Source: Candidatus Caldatribacterium sp. SIUC1
GTDB taxonomy: Bacteria > Atribacterota > Atribacteria > Atribacterales > Caldatribacteriaceae
Direction: 5' to 3'
DNA: 32,000 nt
Assembly (NCBI RefSeq): GCF_051549785.1
Contig: NZ_CP189974.1
Location: 911,231-943,230, forward strand
Part shown: positions 8,311 through 20,124 of the stretch, piece by piece
How the letters are laid out: the number at the start of each line of letters is the position of its first letter
Numbering within the stretch: the first letter of the stretch is position 1
Notes under the pieces: model-generated
The model's database searches: none
What the model was told of the DNA's origin: nothing
What the model saw: only the letters and a program-made list of their open reading frames with translations
Program-made: the position numbers and the translations under genes

Positions 8311-9362
8311 AAGCTATCGTCGAGCAGTACCGGGAACTCACCGAGAAAATGGCCCATCCTGAGGTGGTGCAGGATCTGGCCCGCTACCGCAGTTACGCCC
8401 AGACCATTGCAGAAATCGAACCCATTGTGGAGAAATATGAGGAATACGAGCGGGTGGAGCGGGAACTCGAGGAGGACCGGCTTTTACTCCGGAGCGAACA
8501 CGATCCGGAACTCCGGGAACTGCTTGAGGAAGAGATTGCCCGGCTTAAGGAACGCCACGAACAGCTTGAAGAAGAACTCAAAGTCATGCTCCTTCCCAGG
8601 GACCCCCGGGACGACAAGGACACGCTGGTGGAGATTCGGGCTGGTGCGGGAGGGGAGGAGGCGGCGCTCTTTGTGGCCGACCTTTTCCGAATGTACACTC
8701 GCTTTGCCGAACGCCACGGTTTCAGAGTTGAGGTCATGGATGCAAGCCCCACAGAGCTTGGGGGGTTCAAGGAAATTATCTTTGCCGTGGAAGGGAAGGG
8801 TGCGTACAGCAAGTTCAAGTTTGAAAGTGGTGTGCACCGGGTGCAGCGGGTGCCCATCACTGAAGCCAGCGGTCGTATCCATACCTCCACGGCAACAGTG
8901 GCGGTGCTTCCTGAAGCCGACGAGGTTGAGGTGGTCATTCGGCCGGAGGATATTCGGGTGGAAATATTCCGGGCGTCTGGGCCTGGCGGGCAGCACGTGA
9001 ACACGACCGATTCCGCCGTTCGGATTACCCATCTTCCCACGGGGATTGTGGTCACCTGCCAGGATGAACGGTCGCAGCACAAAAACAAAGCGAAAGCCTT
9101 GCGGATTCTTCGGGCCCGGCTCCTTGACCTGGAACGAAAAGCCCAGAAAGAGGCCATCGACCGGGAACGGCGGGCGCAGATTGGCACTGGAGAGCGGAGC
9201 GAGCGTATCAGAACCTACAATTTTCCTCAAAACCGGGTGACGGACCATCGCATTAACCTTACCCTGTATCGCCTGGAGTCCATTCTCGATGGGGACCTTG
9301 ATGAAATCGTTGAGGCCCTTGCTGCCGAGGAACGGGCCAGGCTCTTAGAGAAGGTTGGATAG
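8292..9362 (+). CDS. prfA: Peptide chain release factor 1
   Basis: [26 protein letters not shown]...VHRVQRVP...[37 protein letters not shown]; GGQ motif. Confidence 0.97.
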   Translation: MWREKVKAIVEQYRELTEKMAHPEVVQDLARYRSYAQTIAEIEPIVEKYEEYERVERELEEDRLLLRSEHDPELRELLEEEIARLKERHEQLEEELKVMLLPRDPRDDKDTLVEIRAGAGGEEAALFVADLFRMYTRFAERHGFRVEVMDASPTELGGFKEIIFAVEGKGAYSKFKFESGVHRVQRVPITEASGRIHTSTATVAVLPEADEVEVVIRPEDIRVEIFRASGPGGQHVNTTDSAVRITHLPTGIVVTCQDERSQHKNKAKALRILRARLLDLERKAQKEAIDRERRAQIGTGERSERIRTYNFPQNRVTDHRINLTLYRLESILDGDLDEIVEALAAEERARLLEKVG

Positions 9363-10278
9363 GGTGACGGTCAGAGAGCTCTTCCGGAAAACGGTGAGAA
9401 CGTTGCGCGAGCGGGATATTCCCTCCCCGACGCGGGAAGCCCGTCTTCTTCTGGGGAAGCTCCTTGCGACCTCACCGGCTCGGCTTTACCTTTTCTGGGA
9501 CCAGAGGGTTACCGAAGAGGATGAGCGGATGTTGCAGGCTCTGGTTGCAGAACGCCTTCTGGGTGTGCCCCTCCAGTACGTCCTTGGAGAATGGGAGTTT
9601 TTCTCTCTGCCTTTCCGCTTGAGGCGAGGGGTCTTCATCCCCCGGGTGGATACCGAAGCCTGGGTGGAAGAGGCGGTAATCCTCCTCCACCTCCTCTCGG
9701 GGAAAAGGAAGCAACTTGTGGGATGTGACCTGTGCTGCGGAAGCGGTGTCATCGGGCTTTCCTGTGCCTTCTTCGTGCCTGGCCTGGTCCTTTACGGGGT
9801 GGATATCTCGGAAGATGCGGTGGCTTTAGCCCTTGAAAATGCTCGTCTTCTTGGTCTTGAGGAACGGGTGACGTTCCTCGTGGGGGACCTTTTCAGCCCC
9901 TTTGCATCGTGGTCTTTGGCCTTTGACGTCATCCTCTCCAATCCTCCTTACGTTCCCGTGGCGCTCTGGGAGAAGCTTGAGGAGGGCATTCGCCTGTATG
10001 AGCCCCGAGAGGCACTGTGTGGGGGAGAGGATGGACTTGAGGTGATACGGAGAATCCTCCGTGAGGCCCCCCGTTTCCTCCGGGAGGGGGGATTCCTCTT
10101 CATCGAGCACGACCCCTCACAGAAAGAAGCGGTGGCGGAGCTTGGAGAAAGAAGTGGCCTGACGTACGTTCGGGCTCTTCGGGACTACACCGGGAATATC
10201 CGGGCAAGCGTGCTGCAGCTTGGGAGGGAGAAGGAGTGCGAATTCTCATCGGATGCGACCACGCCGGCTTTCATCTAA
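9355..10278 (+). CDS. prmC: Release factor glutamine methyltransferase
   Basis: [30 protein letters not shown]...[12 protein letters not shown]...[11 protein letters not shown]; directly follows prfA. Confidence 0.93.
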   Translation: MDRVTVRELFRKTVRTLRERDIPSPTREARLLLGKLLATSPARLYLFWDQRVTEEDERMLQALVAERLLGVPLQYVLGEWEFFSLPFRLRRGVFIPRVDTEAWVEEAVILLHLLSGKRKQLVGCDLCCGSGVIGLSCAFFVPGLVLYGVDISEDAVALALENARLLGLEERVTFLVGDLFSPFASWSLAFDVILSNPPYVPVALWEKLEEGIRLYEPREALCGGEDGLEVIRRILREAPRFLREGGFLFIEHDPSQKEAVAELGERSGLTYVRALRDYTGNIRASVLQLGREKECEFSSDATTPAFI

Positions 10279-10688
10279 AGGAGGACCTTAAGGCGTACAT
10301 CCAGTCCCTGGGACATGAGGTTGAGGATTACGGTGTGCACGAAGAAAAAGCCTACGATTACCCCGATGTGGCCTTCAGAGTGGCGGAGGACGTCGCCCGG
10401 GGAAAAGGCGACCGGGGGATTCTCATCTGCGGAACCGGGGTGGGGATGTCTATCGCCGCGAACAAGGTTCGGGGCATCCGGGCGGCTCTGTGTCATGACG
10501 TCTTCTCTGCCCGGGCTTCCCGGGAACATAACGACGCCAACATCCTCACCATGGGAGAACGGGTGATCGGGAAGGGTCTTGCCCGGGAGATTGTCCGGGT
10601 GTGGCTTCAGAGTGAATTCCAGGGGGATCGACATGCCCGAAGAGTGGCTAAAATCCGTGCCTACGAAGAGCGAAAGGCCGAGACCTGA
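10236..10688 (+). CDS. rpiB: Ribose 5-phosphate isomerase B
   Basis: [33 protein letters not shown]...DYPDVA...[28 protein letters not shown]...[15 protein letters not shown]. Confidence 0.96.
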   Translation: MRILIGCDHAGFHLKEDLKAYIQSLGHEVEDYGVHEEKAYDYPDVAFRVAEDVARGKGDRGILICGTGVGMSIAANKVRGIRAALCHDVFSARASREHNDANILTMGERVIGKGLAREIVRVWLQSEFQGDRHARRVAKIRAYEERKAET

Positions 10689-11139
10689 CTGGGATGAGTA
10701 CTTCATGGCCATTGCCCACCTTGTGGCCACGCGTTCAACCTGCATTCGCCGCCAGGTTGGTGCCGTACTCGTAAAGGAGAAGCGGATTCTCGCCACTGGC
10801 TATAATGGTGCGCCAAGTGGTGTGGCCCACTGTACGGAGGCCACCTGCCTCCGGAATCTGCAGAATGTCCCCCCCGGGCAGATGCACGAACTCTGCCGGG
10901 GCCTCCATGCAGAACAAAATGTGATTATTCAGGCTGCCCTCTACGGGGTGAGCACCAGAGGCTCGACGCTCTACTGTACCCACAAACCCTGTATCCTCTG
11001 CGTGAAGATGCTCATCAACGCCGGAATCGTCCGGATTGTCTACGAGAATCCTTATCCGGACCCTCTGGCCGATGCGCTTTTGGAAGAGGCGGGGGTTGAA
11101 CTTCTGACGTTTTCGGGAGGACAAAGCGGTGATTCGTGA
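10633..11139 (+). CDS. dCMP deaminase (ComEB-like cytidine/deoxycytidylate deaminase)
   Basis: [51 protein letters not shown]...LHAEQNVI...[18 protein letters not shown]. Start at 10633 (ATG) or 10657 (GTG). Confidence 0.93.
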   Translation: MPEEWLKSVPTKSERPRPDWDEYFMAIAHLVATRSTCIRRQVGAVLVKEKRILATGYNGAPSGVAHCTEATCLRNLQNVPPGQMHELCRGLHAEQNVIIQAALYGVSTRGSTLYCTHKPCILCVKMLINAGIVRIVYENPYPDPLADALLEEAGVELLTFSGGQSGDS

Positions 11140-12184
11140 GGCGCTCTTTTTCCCGTTCCTGGCATTTCTCTGTGCCCTGGGGTTGACGCCCCTGGTCATC
11201 AGGTGGAGTGAACGCCGGGGGTGTCTGGATTTACCCGATGGGGAGCGCAAAATCCACGATCGGCCCGTGTCTCGCCTTGGGGGAATAGCGGTTTTCGGAG
11301 CCTTTTTCATCGCCCTTTTGCTCCTTGCCCTCTCTTTTCCCCTCGCGCTTTCACCCCTTTTTATCCTGGGGATTGGGGTCATTTTCGCCACGGGGCTTCT
11401 TGATGACTTCTGCTCTCTCCCTCCCTGGGGGAAATTTGCCGGCCAGTGTCTGGGGGCGGTGCTTTTGCTTTCTGGGGGTGTGGTCATCCGTTTTTTCACG
11501 CTCCCCTGGAACCACGTGGTGTACCTGGGCTGGCTCGGGTATCCTCTTACCATGCTCTGGATTGTGGGGGTATCCAATGCCCTCAACCTCATCGATGGGC
11601 TTGACGGGCTGTCAGGAGGGGTGGGCGCCATTGCGGCCTTCACCCTGGGGGTTATAGCCTGGCAGGAGGGTCGTGTGGAGCCGGCGTTGCTGTCGCTTCT
11701 TCTTGTGGGGTCAATCCTTGGCTTTCTCCTGTACAACTTCCCCCCTGCCAGGGTTTTCCTCGGCGATGGCGGAGCACTGTTCCTTGGAGGGATGCTTGCG
11801 GTTATTTCGGTTCAGGGAGCTTTAAAAAGCGCTGCGGCCTTCACCCTGGCGCTCCCGAGTCTCATCCTTGGTGTCCCGATTTTCGACACGCTTTTCGCCA
11901 TTGTGCGCCGCAAAAGGAACCGCCTCCCCATCGCTTCCCCTGACCGGGGGCATCTCCACCACCGTCTCCTTGAGCGGGGGTATTCAAAGCGGGAGACGCT
12001 CGTCATCTTCTACGGCCTCAGCGCGCTCTGCGGGGCAGTGGCCATTTTCATGAACACTTTTCTCGCCAACAGCACCTATTCGCTTTTGCTCTTTTTCCTC
12101 TTTGTCCTCTTTTTCTTAAGCCTTGGAAAAAACCTCCGGGTGACTGAACTGCCAAAGGAGAAGAAGTCCGTTGCCAGGGATTAG
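11129..12184 (+). CDS. Undecaprenyl-phosphate N-acetylglucosaminyl-1-phosphate transferase-like (WecA/TagO/MraY family)
   Basis: Polytopic membrane protein with [56 protein letters not shown] and [12 protein letters not shown]. Confidence 0.93.
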   Translation: MIREALFFPFLAFLCALGLTPLVIRWSERRGCLDLPDGERKIHDRPVSRLGGIAVFGAFFIALLLLALSFPLALSPLFILGIGVIFATGLLDDFCSLPPWGKFAGQCLGAVLLLSGGVVIRFFTLPWNHVVYLGWLGYPLTMLWIVGVSNALNLIDGLDGLSGGVGAIAAFTLGVIAWQEGRVEPALLSLLLVGSILGFLLYNFPPARVFLGDGGALFLGGMLAVISVQGALKSAAAFTLALPSLILGVPIFDTLFAIVRRKRNRLPIASPDRGHLHHRLLERGYSKRETLVIFYGLSALCGAVAIFMNTFLANSTYSLLLFFLFVLFFLSLGKNLRVTELPKEKKSVARD

Positions 12185-13307
12185 CGTTGCTTTTGTTCTT
12201 GGAACAAGGCCAGAAGTCGTGAAACTCGCCCCCGTTGTGCTTGCCCTGCAAAAACGTCGGGAATTCCTTCCCTGGATCGTCCACACCGGTCAGCACCGGG
12301 AAATGGCGGAGACCTTCTTCTCCGTTTTCGGTCTCTCTCCCCGGTACGATTTGCAGGTCATGGTCAAGCAGCAGTCCCTCTTCTACCTCACTTCCCGGAT
12401 TCTCGAGGGTCTTGAGAGGGTCTTTCGTTCGGATCGCCCGGATCTCGTCGTCGTTCAGGGGGACACCACGTCAGCGTTCTGCGGTGCCCTGGCGTCTTTC
12501 TATCTTCGGATTCCCTGTGCCCATGTTGAGGCAGGGCTCCGGACCTTTGCAAAGTACAGTCCTTTCCCTGAAGAGATGAACCGTGTCCTCATTGGACGTC
12601 TTGCGGACCTCCATTTTGCCCCCACCCCCCGGTCCCGGGAGAACCTCCTCCGGGAAGGCATTCCGGATGACAGCATCTTCGTCACGGGGAATACGGTTGT
12701 GGATGCCCTCTTTGCCATCCTTGGAAGGCACACCACCTTTGAGCATCCGGTCCTGGCCCAGGAGGTGCAGGATGGTGTGACCATCACGGTCACGGCGCAT
12801 CGGAGGGAAAACTGGGGAAAGGGAATTGCCGAAGTTGCCCTGGCCGTCAGGGATCTCGTGGTTTTGCGGGAAGATGTGCGGGTCTTTTTCCCCCTCCATC
12901 CCAACCCCCTGGTGAGGGAAGTGGTGGAGAGGGAGCTCGCTTCAATCCCCCGGGTGTTTCTCCTCGATGCCCTCCCGTATCCGGACTTTGTGCGGCTGCT
13001 TGCCAGAAGCCACGTGGTGGTAAGCGACTCAGGAGGAGTTCAGGAGGAGGCCGCAGCGCTGGGGATTCCGGTTGTGGTGACCCGGGATACCACGGAACGG
13101 CCGGAAATCATCGAGTGCGGCCTCGGGGTGCTGGCGGGGTGCCAGAGAGAATCCATCGTCCAGGCGGCGATGGATTTCCTTGAGAAAGGGGTAGCGCAGC
13201 GGAAGGCGCGCGTGTTTGGGGACGGCAGGGCTGCAGAACGAATCGTTCAGGTTCTCCTGCGGTTTTTTGGCTTCCCTGGGGTGTATGAGGAATTCACTCC
13301 GGGATGA
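12171..13307 (+). CDS. wecB: Non-hydrolyzing UDP-N-acetylglucosamine 2-epimerase
   Basis: VLGTRPEVVKLAPVV...TGQHREM...VVQGDTTSAFCGALASFYLRIPCAHVEAGLRT...FPEEMNR...SDSGGVQEEAAALGIPVVVTRDTTERPE; TTG start. Confidence 0.96.
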   Translation: MPGISVAFVLGTRPEVVKLAPVVLALQKRREFLPWIVHTGQHREMAETFFSVFGLSPRYDLQVMVKQQSLFYLTSRILEGLERVFRSDRPDLVVVQGDTTSAFCGALASFYLRIPCAHVEAGLRTFAKYSPFPEEMNRVLIGRLADLHFAPTPRSRENLLREGIPDDSIFVTGNTVVDALFAILGRHTTFEHPVLAQEVQDGVTITVTAHRRENWGKGIAEVALAVRDLVVLREDVRVFFPLHPNPLVREVVERELASIPRVFLLDALPYPDFVRLLARSHVVVSDSGGVQEEAAALGIPVVVTRDTTERPEIIECGLGVLAGCQRESIVQAAMDFLEKGVAQRKARVFGDGRAAERIVQVLLRFFGFPGVYEEFTPG

Positions 13308-15982
<2,675 letters not shown>

Positions 15983-15983
<1 letters not shown>

Positions 15984-17503
15984 TATACCGCCTCCGAGAG
16001 GAATCGCTCGTTGAAGTTTGCTACAACCCTGCGCATGTCTTCCTCAAGGTCGTGGGTGAGGTCCTGTTCCTTTTCCAGGCGCTCAAGGAGGTCAGCGTGT
16101 TCCTCCCTGAGGTAGGCGACGAAGGCCCTTTCCCACTCCTTGACCCGCTCAAGAGGCACAGGATCGAGGAATCCCTGGGTGGCGGCAAAGACCTCCATGA
16201 TTTCAATGCTTGGGGGGAGAGGGGCAAAGGAAGCCTGTGTCATGAGGGCGAGGACTCTTTTCCCGTGTTCGAGCTGTTGCCTGGTGAATTCGTCGAGGTC
16301 TGCTCCGAAACGGGCGAATTCCTCAAGCTCGAAGTACTGGGCAAGATGAAGACGCAGGCGTCGAGCAACCTTTTTCATGATGCTCGTCTGTGCCTCGCCT
16401 CCCACCCGGGAGACCGAAAGGCCAATGTTGATAGCCGGGAGGAATCCCTTGTTGAAGAGTCCAGTTTCGAGGTAAATCTGCCCATCGGTGATGGAAATGA
16501 TGTTCGTGGGGATGTAGGAGGTGATATCCCCTTCCTGGGTTTCCACGATAGGCAGAGCGGTCATGGAGCCTCCACCCCGGGATTCAGCGAGCTGAGCACC
16601 CCGCTCAAGGAGGCTCGAGTGGATGTAGAAGATGTCTCCGGGGTACGATTCTCTCCCCGGAGGACGGCGCAAAAGCAGAGACAACGACCGGTACGCCACA
16701 GCGTGCTTGGTAAGGTCGTCATAGACGATGAGCACGTCCTCTCCCCGGTACATGAAGTACTCCCCCATGGCGCACCCGGCGTAAGGGGCGAGGTACACAA
16801 GAGCCGGAGGGTCTTCGGAAGACGTGGCAACGATAGTGGTGTACTCCAGAGCCTGGAATTTCCGCAGGGTTTCCACAACCTGGGTGATGTTGGCCAGGCG
16901 CTGGCCGATGGCCACGTAGATGCAGATGACCCCCTTCCCTTTCTGGTTGATGATAGTGTCTAAAGCAATGGTGGTCTTTCCGGTTCGCCGATCCCCAATG
17001 ATGAGTTCTCGTTGCCCTTTTCCCAGGGGGATCATGGCGTCGATGATTTTGATGCCGGAAAAAAGCGGCCGCTGTACCGGAGCACGGTCGATGACCTGCG
17101 GTGCGGGAAAGAACACCGGCCGTTTCCCCCGGCACGTGATGGGTCCCCTGTCATCAAGGGGTTCCCCCAGGGGATTGACGACCCGGGAGAGGAGTTCCTC
17201 TCCTGCCGGAACCTCGAGCATGGTCCGGGTGCGGAAGACCTGGTCCCCGGCGTGGATAGCAGTGTAGTCCCCAAAGAGGATGCACTGCAAACTCTCCCGC
17301 TCAAGCCCCAGCACCTGACCCCGGATAGCCTTCCTGCTCCCAAAAAGGAGCGTCTCTCCAATCATGGCCTTCCGCAGGCCCCGAACACGGGCAACGCCGT
17401 CCTGGACCTCGAGGACTTCCCCAATCTCCCCGATTTCCGGTTCAGGACGGTAGGCGGTGACGATGTCTCGTGCTCTTTTGAGAATGTCACCGACCATGGA
17501 CAT
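15983..17503 (-). CDS. atpA: F-type ATP synthase alpha subunit
   Basis: IDAMIPLGKGQRELIIGDRRTGKTTIALDTIINQK...VYDDLTKHAVAYRSLSLLLRRPPGRESYPGDIFYIHSSLLERGAQ...GLSVSRVGGEAQ. Confidence 0.98.
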
Positions 17504-17741
17504 GGGGAATCCCCTCTCTGAGGATTCGTTCTTTCAGGCGCTCAAGCTGGGTTTTTACACTGCAGTCGATGAGGATTTCTCCCCAGAGGATGACCACACC
17601 CCCAATGAGGGAGGGGTCAATTTCCTCCTCAAGGAGGAAGGGTTCCCGGATGACCCGGCTCAGCTTGGAGTAGAGAATATCTTTCTGTTCGTCTGTCAGA
17701 GGGAAAGGAGTAATGACCTTCACTTTCTCTCTATCCCTCAT
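17487..17741 (-). CDS. atpH: F-type ATP synthase delta subunit, C-terminal domain only (about 84 aa)
   Basis: Between atpF and atpA. VKVITPFPLTDEQKDILYSKLSRVIREPFLLEEEIDPSLIGGVVILWGEILIDCSVKTQLERLKERI matches the conserved delta/OSCP C-terminal region. No N-terminal domain is encoded in frame. Alternative TTG start at 17765. Confidence 0.82.
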   Translation of the reverse strand: MRDREKVKVITPFPLTDEQKDILYSKLSRVIREPFLLEEEIDPSLIGGVVILWGEILIDCSVKTQLERLKERILREGIPHVHGR

Positions 17742-18246
17742 GGGTGCTCTCAAGCTGGGCTTCAAGGCGACTCACGGCTTCCTCGAGCATTTCTTCAATA
17801 ATCCGGGTTTGAACCTCGGGAGTGATGTGAACCTTGAGAATCCGCTTTGCGACTTCCTCAGAAATATCCACGATGTCTTCCTTGAGTTCCAGAAGGAGCT
17901 GTTCAATTTCCCTTTTTGCTCGCCGTTCGTATTCCCTTTGAATTTTCTCGGCTTCCCGGTATGCTTCCTGGATGATGGCCTCTTTGATTCTTTGCGCCTC
18001 TTTGTTGGCCTGGTCGAGCATTTCGAGGTATTTCTCCTTCAGGTTTTTGAGTTCCTCCTCGAGGCGGCGTCGCTCCTCTTCGAGGGCCTTCTTTTCCTCC
18101 TCGATTTTCTCGAACTCTCTCTGAATCCGGTCCGAACGCTCGTCCAGCGCCTTCACCACAGGTTTAAAGAGGAAGCGGAAGAGGAGAAAAACCAGGGTGA
18201 GGAAGTTGATAATCTGAAAAATGATGCTCCGGTCTATGCGGATCAT
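17731..18246 (-). CDS. atpF: F-type ATP synthase b subunit
   Basis: N-terminal TM (IIFQIINFLTLVFLLFRFLFKPVVKALDER) followed by a long charged coiled coil; position between atpE and atpH. Confidence 0.93.
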   Translation of the reverse strand: MIRIDRSIIFQIINFLTLVFLLFRFLFKPVVKALDERSDRIQREFEKIEEEKKALEEERRRLEEELKNLKEKYLEMLDQANKEAQRIKEAIIQEAYREAEKIQREYERRAKREIEQLLLELKEDIVDISEEVAKRILKVHITPEVQTRIIEEMLEEAVSRLEAQLESTHEG

Positions 18247-18260
18247 GGAGGGGAACCCCC

Positions 18261-18527
18261 CTACTTGAAGACGTATCGGAGGAGCGGGTTGGCGAAAAGG
18301 AGAATGAAAGAGACGACAAGAACGTAAATGGCCAGGGACTCAAGCATGGCCAGTCCCACAAAGAGCGTCCGGCTGATGGGACCGGCGGCCTCAGGTTGCC
18401 TGGCGATGCTCTCCAGAGCCTGCGAACAGGCCTTACCCTGCCCGATGGCGGGGAACATTACCCCCAGGGCGATGGAAAACCCTGCGGTGAAGACGGTGAC
18501 GCAGAGGAAGAGTATCTCTCCTTGCAT
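18261..18527 (-). CDS. atpE: F-type ATP synthase c subunit (proteolipid)
   Basis: [88 protein letters not shown]; hairpin with an ARQPE loop. Confidence 0.95.
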   Translation of the reverse strand: MQGEILFLCVTVFTAGFSIALGVMFPAIGQGKACSQALESIARQPEAAGPISRTLFVGLAMLESLAIYVLVVSFILLFANPLLRYVFK

Positions 18528-18565
18528 ATCCCTCGACCTCCTTCGCGTTGACGCCAATTATACTC

Positions 18566-19231
18566 CTAATGTCCTGAGGATTCAACTGCAGCGCTCAGGT
18601 ACACCACGGAGAGGACCGTGAAGATGTACGCCTGGATGATTCCGGTGAAAATGCTAAAGAGCATCATTGGGAGAGGAAGGAAAAGCGGAGAGAGGAGGAA
18701 GAGGATGGCGATGATGATTTCCTCCCCCATGATGTTGCCAAAAAGTCGAAGGGCTAAAGAAACCGTCCGGGTAATTTCGCTGATAACGTGGAAGGGAGCG
18801 AGAATAGGCGAGGGAGAGAGGTAGCTTCGGAAGTAGTTCCTCACGCCTTTTATGGTGATGCCGTAGAAGGGAACGGCGAAGAAGACGACCAGGGCAAGGG
18901 CCAGGGTGGTGTTGAAGTCACTCGTGGGGGACTTGAGCCAGGGCACAAGACCGGCTACATCAGAGGTTCCGATGAAGAGCGCCAGGGTCCCCACAAGGGG
19001 CAGGAATCTTTTGCCGTTGCCCGGGGACATCTCTTCCACAAGGTGCAGAATGGCCTCAACGAAGAGTTCAAGGACGTTCTGCAGGCGGGTGGGGACAGGG
19101 CGCATCCTCCGGGTAAGGAAGAAGGAGAAAAGCACCAGAAACCCCATGACCACCCAGGTTGAAACCACCGTCTTGGTTACCGGTATGCCCAGGAACACAA
19201 AGAACACCTGAGGGTTAAAGATTTCTTCCAT
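18566..19231 (-). CDS. atpB: F-type ATP synthase a subunit
   Basis: Polytopic. FHVISEITRTVSLALRLFGNIMGEEIII carries the essential Arg context; ATG at 19231. Confidence 0.95.
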   Translation of the reverse strand: MEEIFNPQVFFVFLGIPVTKTVVSTWVVMGFLVLFSFFLTRRMRPVPTRLQNVLELFVEAILHLVEEMSPGNGKRFLPLVGTLALFIGTSDVAGLVPWLKSPTSDFNTTLALALVVFFAVPFYGITIKGVRNYFRSYLSPSPILAPFHVISEITRTVSLALRLFGNIMGEEIIIAILFLLSPLFLPLPMMLFSIFTGIIQAYIFTVLSVVYLSAAVESSGH

Positions 19232-19502
19232 GGCTTGCCCTCCCAAAGGAAATGCTGGCAAAGAGTATCAGGAAGACGAAATAGCTCAAAAGGAACGAGA
19301 CCACAAAGGGACAGAGCCGAACACGCACGTAGCGCAGAAAGAGGAAGAACCAGGTTCCCACAATGCCACAGCGAGTGAGAATTCCCCTCCAGGCGGTGTA
19401 CCGTCTTTTGTGGAGCACCGAATGTACCTCAAGGGCAATGAGTTCAAGGAGTAGCACAGCAAGCGCTACTCCACCCAGGAAGCTAAGAACGGTTCTTCCC
19501 AT
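19215..19502 (-). CDS. AtpI-like (ATP synthase subunit I family) small membrane protein
   Basis: 95 aa with several hydrophobic helices, immediately upstream of atpB and downstream of an atpZ-like gene. Confidence 0.6.
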   Translation of the reverse strand: MGRTVLSFLGGVALAVLLLELIALEVHSVLHKRRYTAWRGILTRCGIVGTWFFLFLRYVRVRLCPFVVSFLLSYFVFLILFASISFGRASHGRNL

Positions 19503-19740
19503 GGTCCTTCTTCTCCATTTCCCTGCTTGCCTTCATGAGGGCCTCATAGAGATTGTAGAATCCGAAAAGTGCCCCGAGGGCAAGCAGCGACAGGGTCCAG
19601 GAAAACCCCAGGGGGTGCTTTCGGTCAAGGTACTGCCCCAGAAAAAGCCCCAAAAGCATGGGAGCCACCGTTACCCATGCCAGGTCCCAAACCTCTCCAA
19701 GAGCTCTCCACAGATTTCCGTCGTCGAATTTCCCCTTCAC
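19483..19740 (-). CDS. AtpZ-like small membrane protein (F0F1-ATPase-associated)
   Basis: 85 aa. WDLAWVTVAPMLLGLFLGQYLDRK...WTLSLLALGALFGFYNLYEAL resembles the AtpZ two-helix pattern (GxxxGxxLD). First gene of the atp operon, GTG start. Confidence 0.75.
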   Translation of the reverse strand: MKGKFDDGNLWRALGEVWDLAWVTVAPMLLGLFLGQYLDRKHPLGFSWTLSLLALGALFGFYNLYEALMKASREMEKKDHGKNRS

Positions 19741-19797
19741 GAAGGTATTATACGACGGAAAAAGAAAAAAGAGGTGGTGAAAATGTGGTGGGGATAC

Positions 19798-19826
19798 TTG
19801 AAAAAGGTGGCTCCGCCGAGTATATT
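19798..19826 (+). promoter_or_regulatory. Promoter for tRNA-Gly
   Basis: TTGAAA (19798-19803), 17-bp spacer, TATATT (19821-19826), about 13 bp before the tRNA 5' end. Confidence 0.75.
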
Positions 19827-19839
19827 ATATAGACGAGGA

Positions 19840-19914
19840 GCGGAAATAGCTCAGGGGTAGAGCATCGGCTTCCCAAGCCGAGGGCCGCGGGTTCGAATCC
19901 CGTTTTCCGCTCCA
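19840..19914 (+). tRNA. tRNA-Gly(CCC), 3' CCA encoded
   Basis: GCGGAAA/TTTCCGC acceptor, TCGGC-TTCCCAA-GCCGA anticodon arm (anticodon CCC), T arm GCGGG-TTCGAAT-CCCGT, T discriminator plus CCA; followed by a T-rich tract. Confidence 0.95.
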
Positions 19915-20023
19915 GGTATTTTTTTCTCCCCTTTTCCCTCCAGAGGTTCGGGCCTTCAGGGGCATGTCCTGTGAAGGTGTCGCCGTTTGTGGAACCTGCC
20001 GGGAGGCTCTCAGGGAAATTGGT

Positions 20024-20052
20024 TTGCAATTCCCCCCGGATTCCGGTAAAAT
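20024..20052 (+). promoter_or_regulatory. Promoter of the nusA-infB operon
   Basis: TTGCAA (20024-20029), 17-bp spacer, TAAAAT (20047-20052). Confidence 0.7.
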
Positions 20053-20064
20053 TATGGTATCGTC

Positions 20065-20096
20065 GACAAAGAGTGGGGTCTGTCCCACTCTTTGTC
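20065..20096 (+). promoter_or_regulatory. Perfect 13-bp leader hairpin upstream of nusA
   Basis: GACAAAGAGTGGG-gtctgt-CCCACTCTTTGTC, with no following T-run. Confidence 0.85.
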
Positions 20097-20124
20097 ATTT
20101 ATGGTCGCTTTTCCAGGGGGGCTT

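Noticed and set aside
10735-11736. 333-aa minus-strand ORF opposite dCMP deaminase and the WecA/TagO-like gene
   Set aside because: Low-complexity Ser/Arg/Pro-rich translation typical of a shadow ORF, with both sense genes clearly conserved.
16052-16963. 303-aa plus-strand ORF inside atpA
   Set aside because: Antisense shadow of atpA; no independent signature.
19784-19867. Mini-ORF MWWGYLKKVAPPSILYRRGAEIAQG with a weak SD-like gaggtgg upstream
   Set aside because: It runs into tRNA-Gly and overlaps its promoter. There is no evidence of a real peptide.
19930-20020. Imperfect stem-loop (CCTTCAGGGG...CCTGTGAAGG) between tRNA-Gly and the nusA promoter, considered as a small RNA or riboswitch
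   Set aside because: It has a mismatched stem, no U-tract and no recognisable class signature. It is not distinguishable from chance without covariation data.
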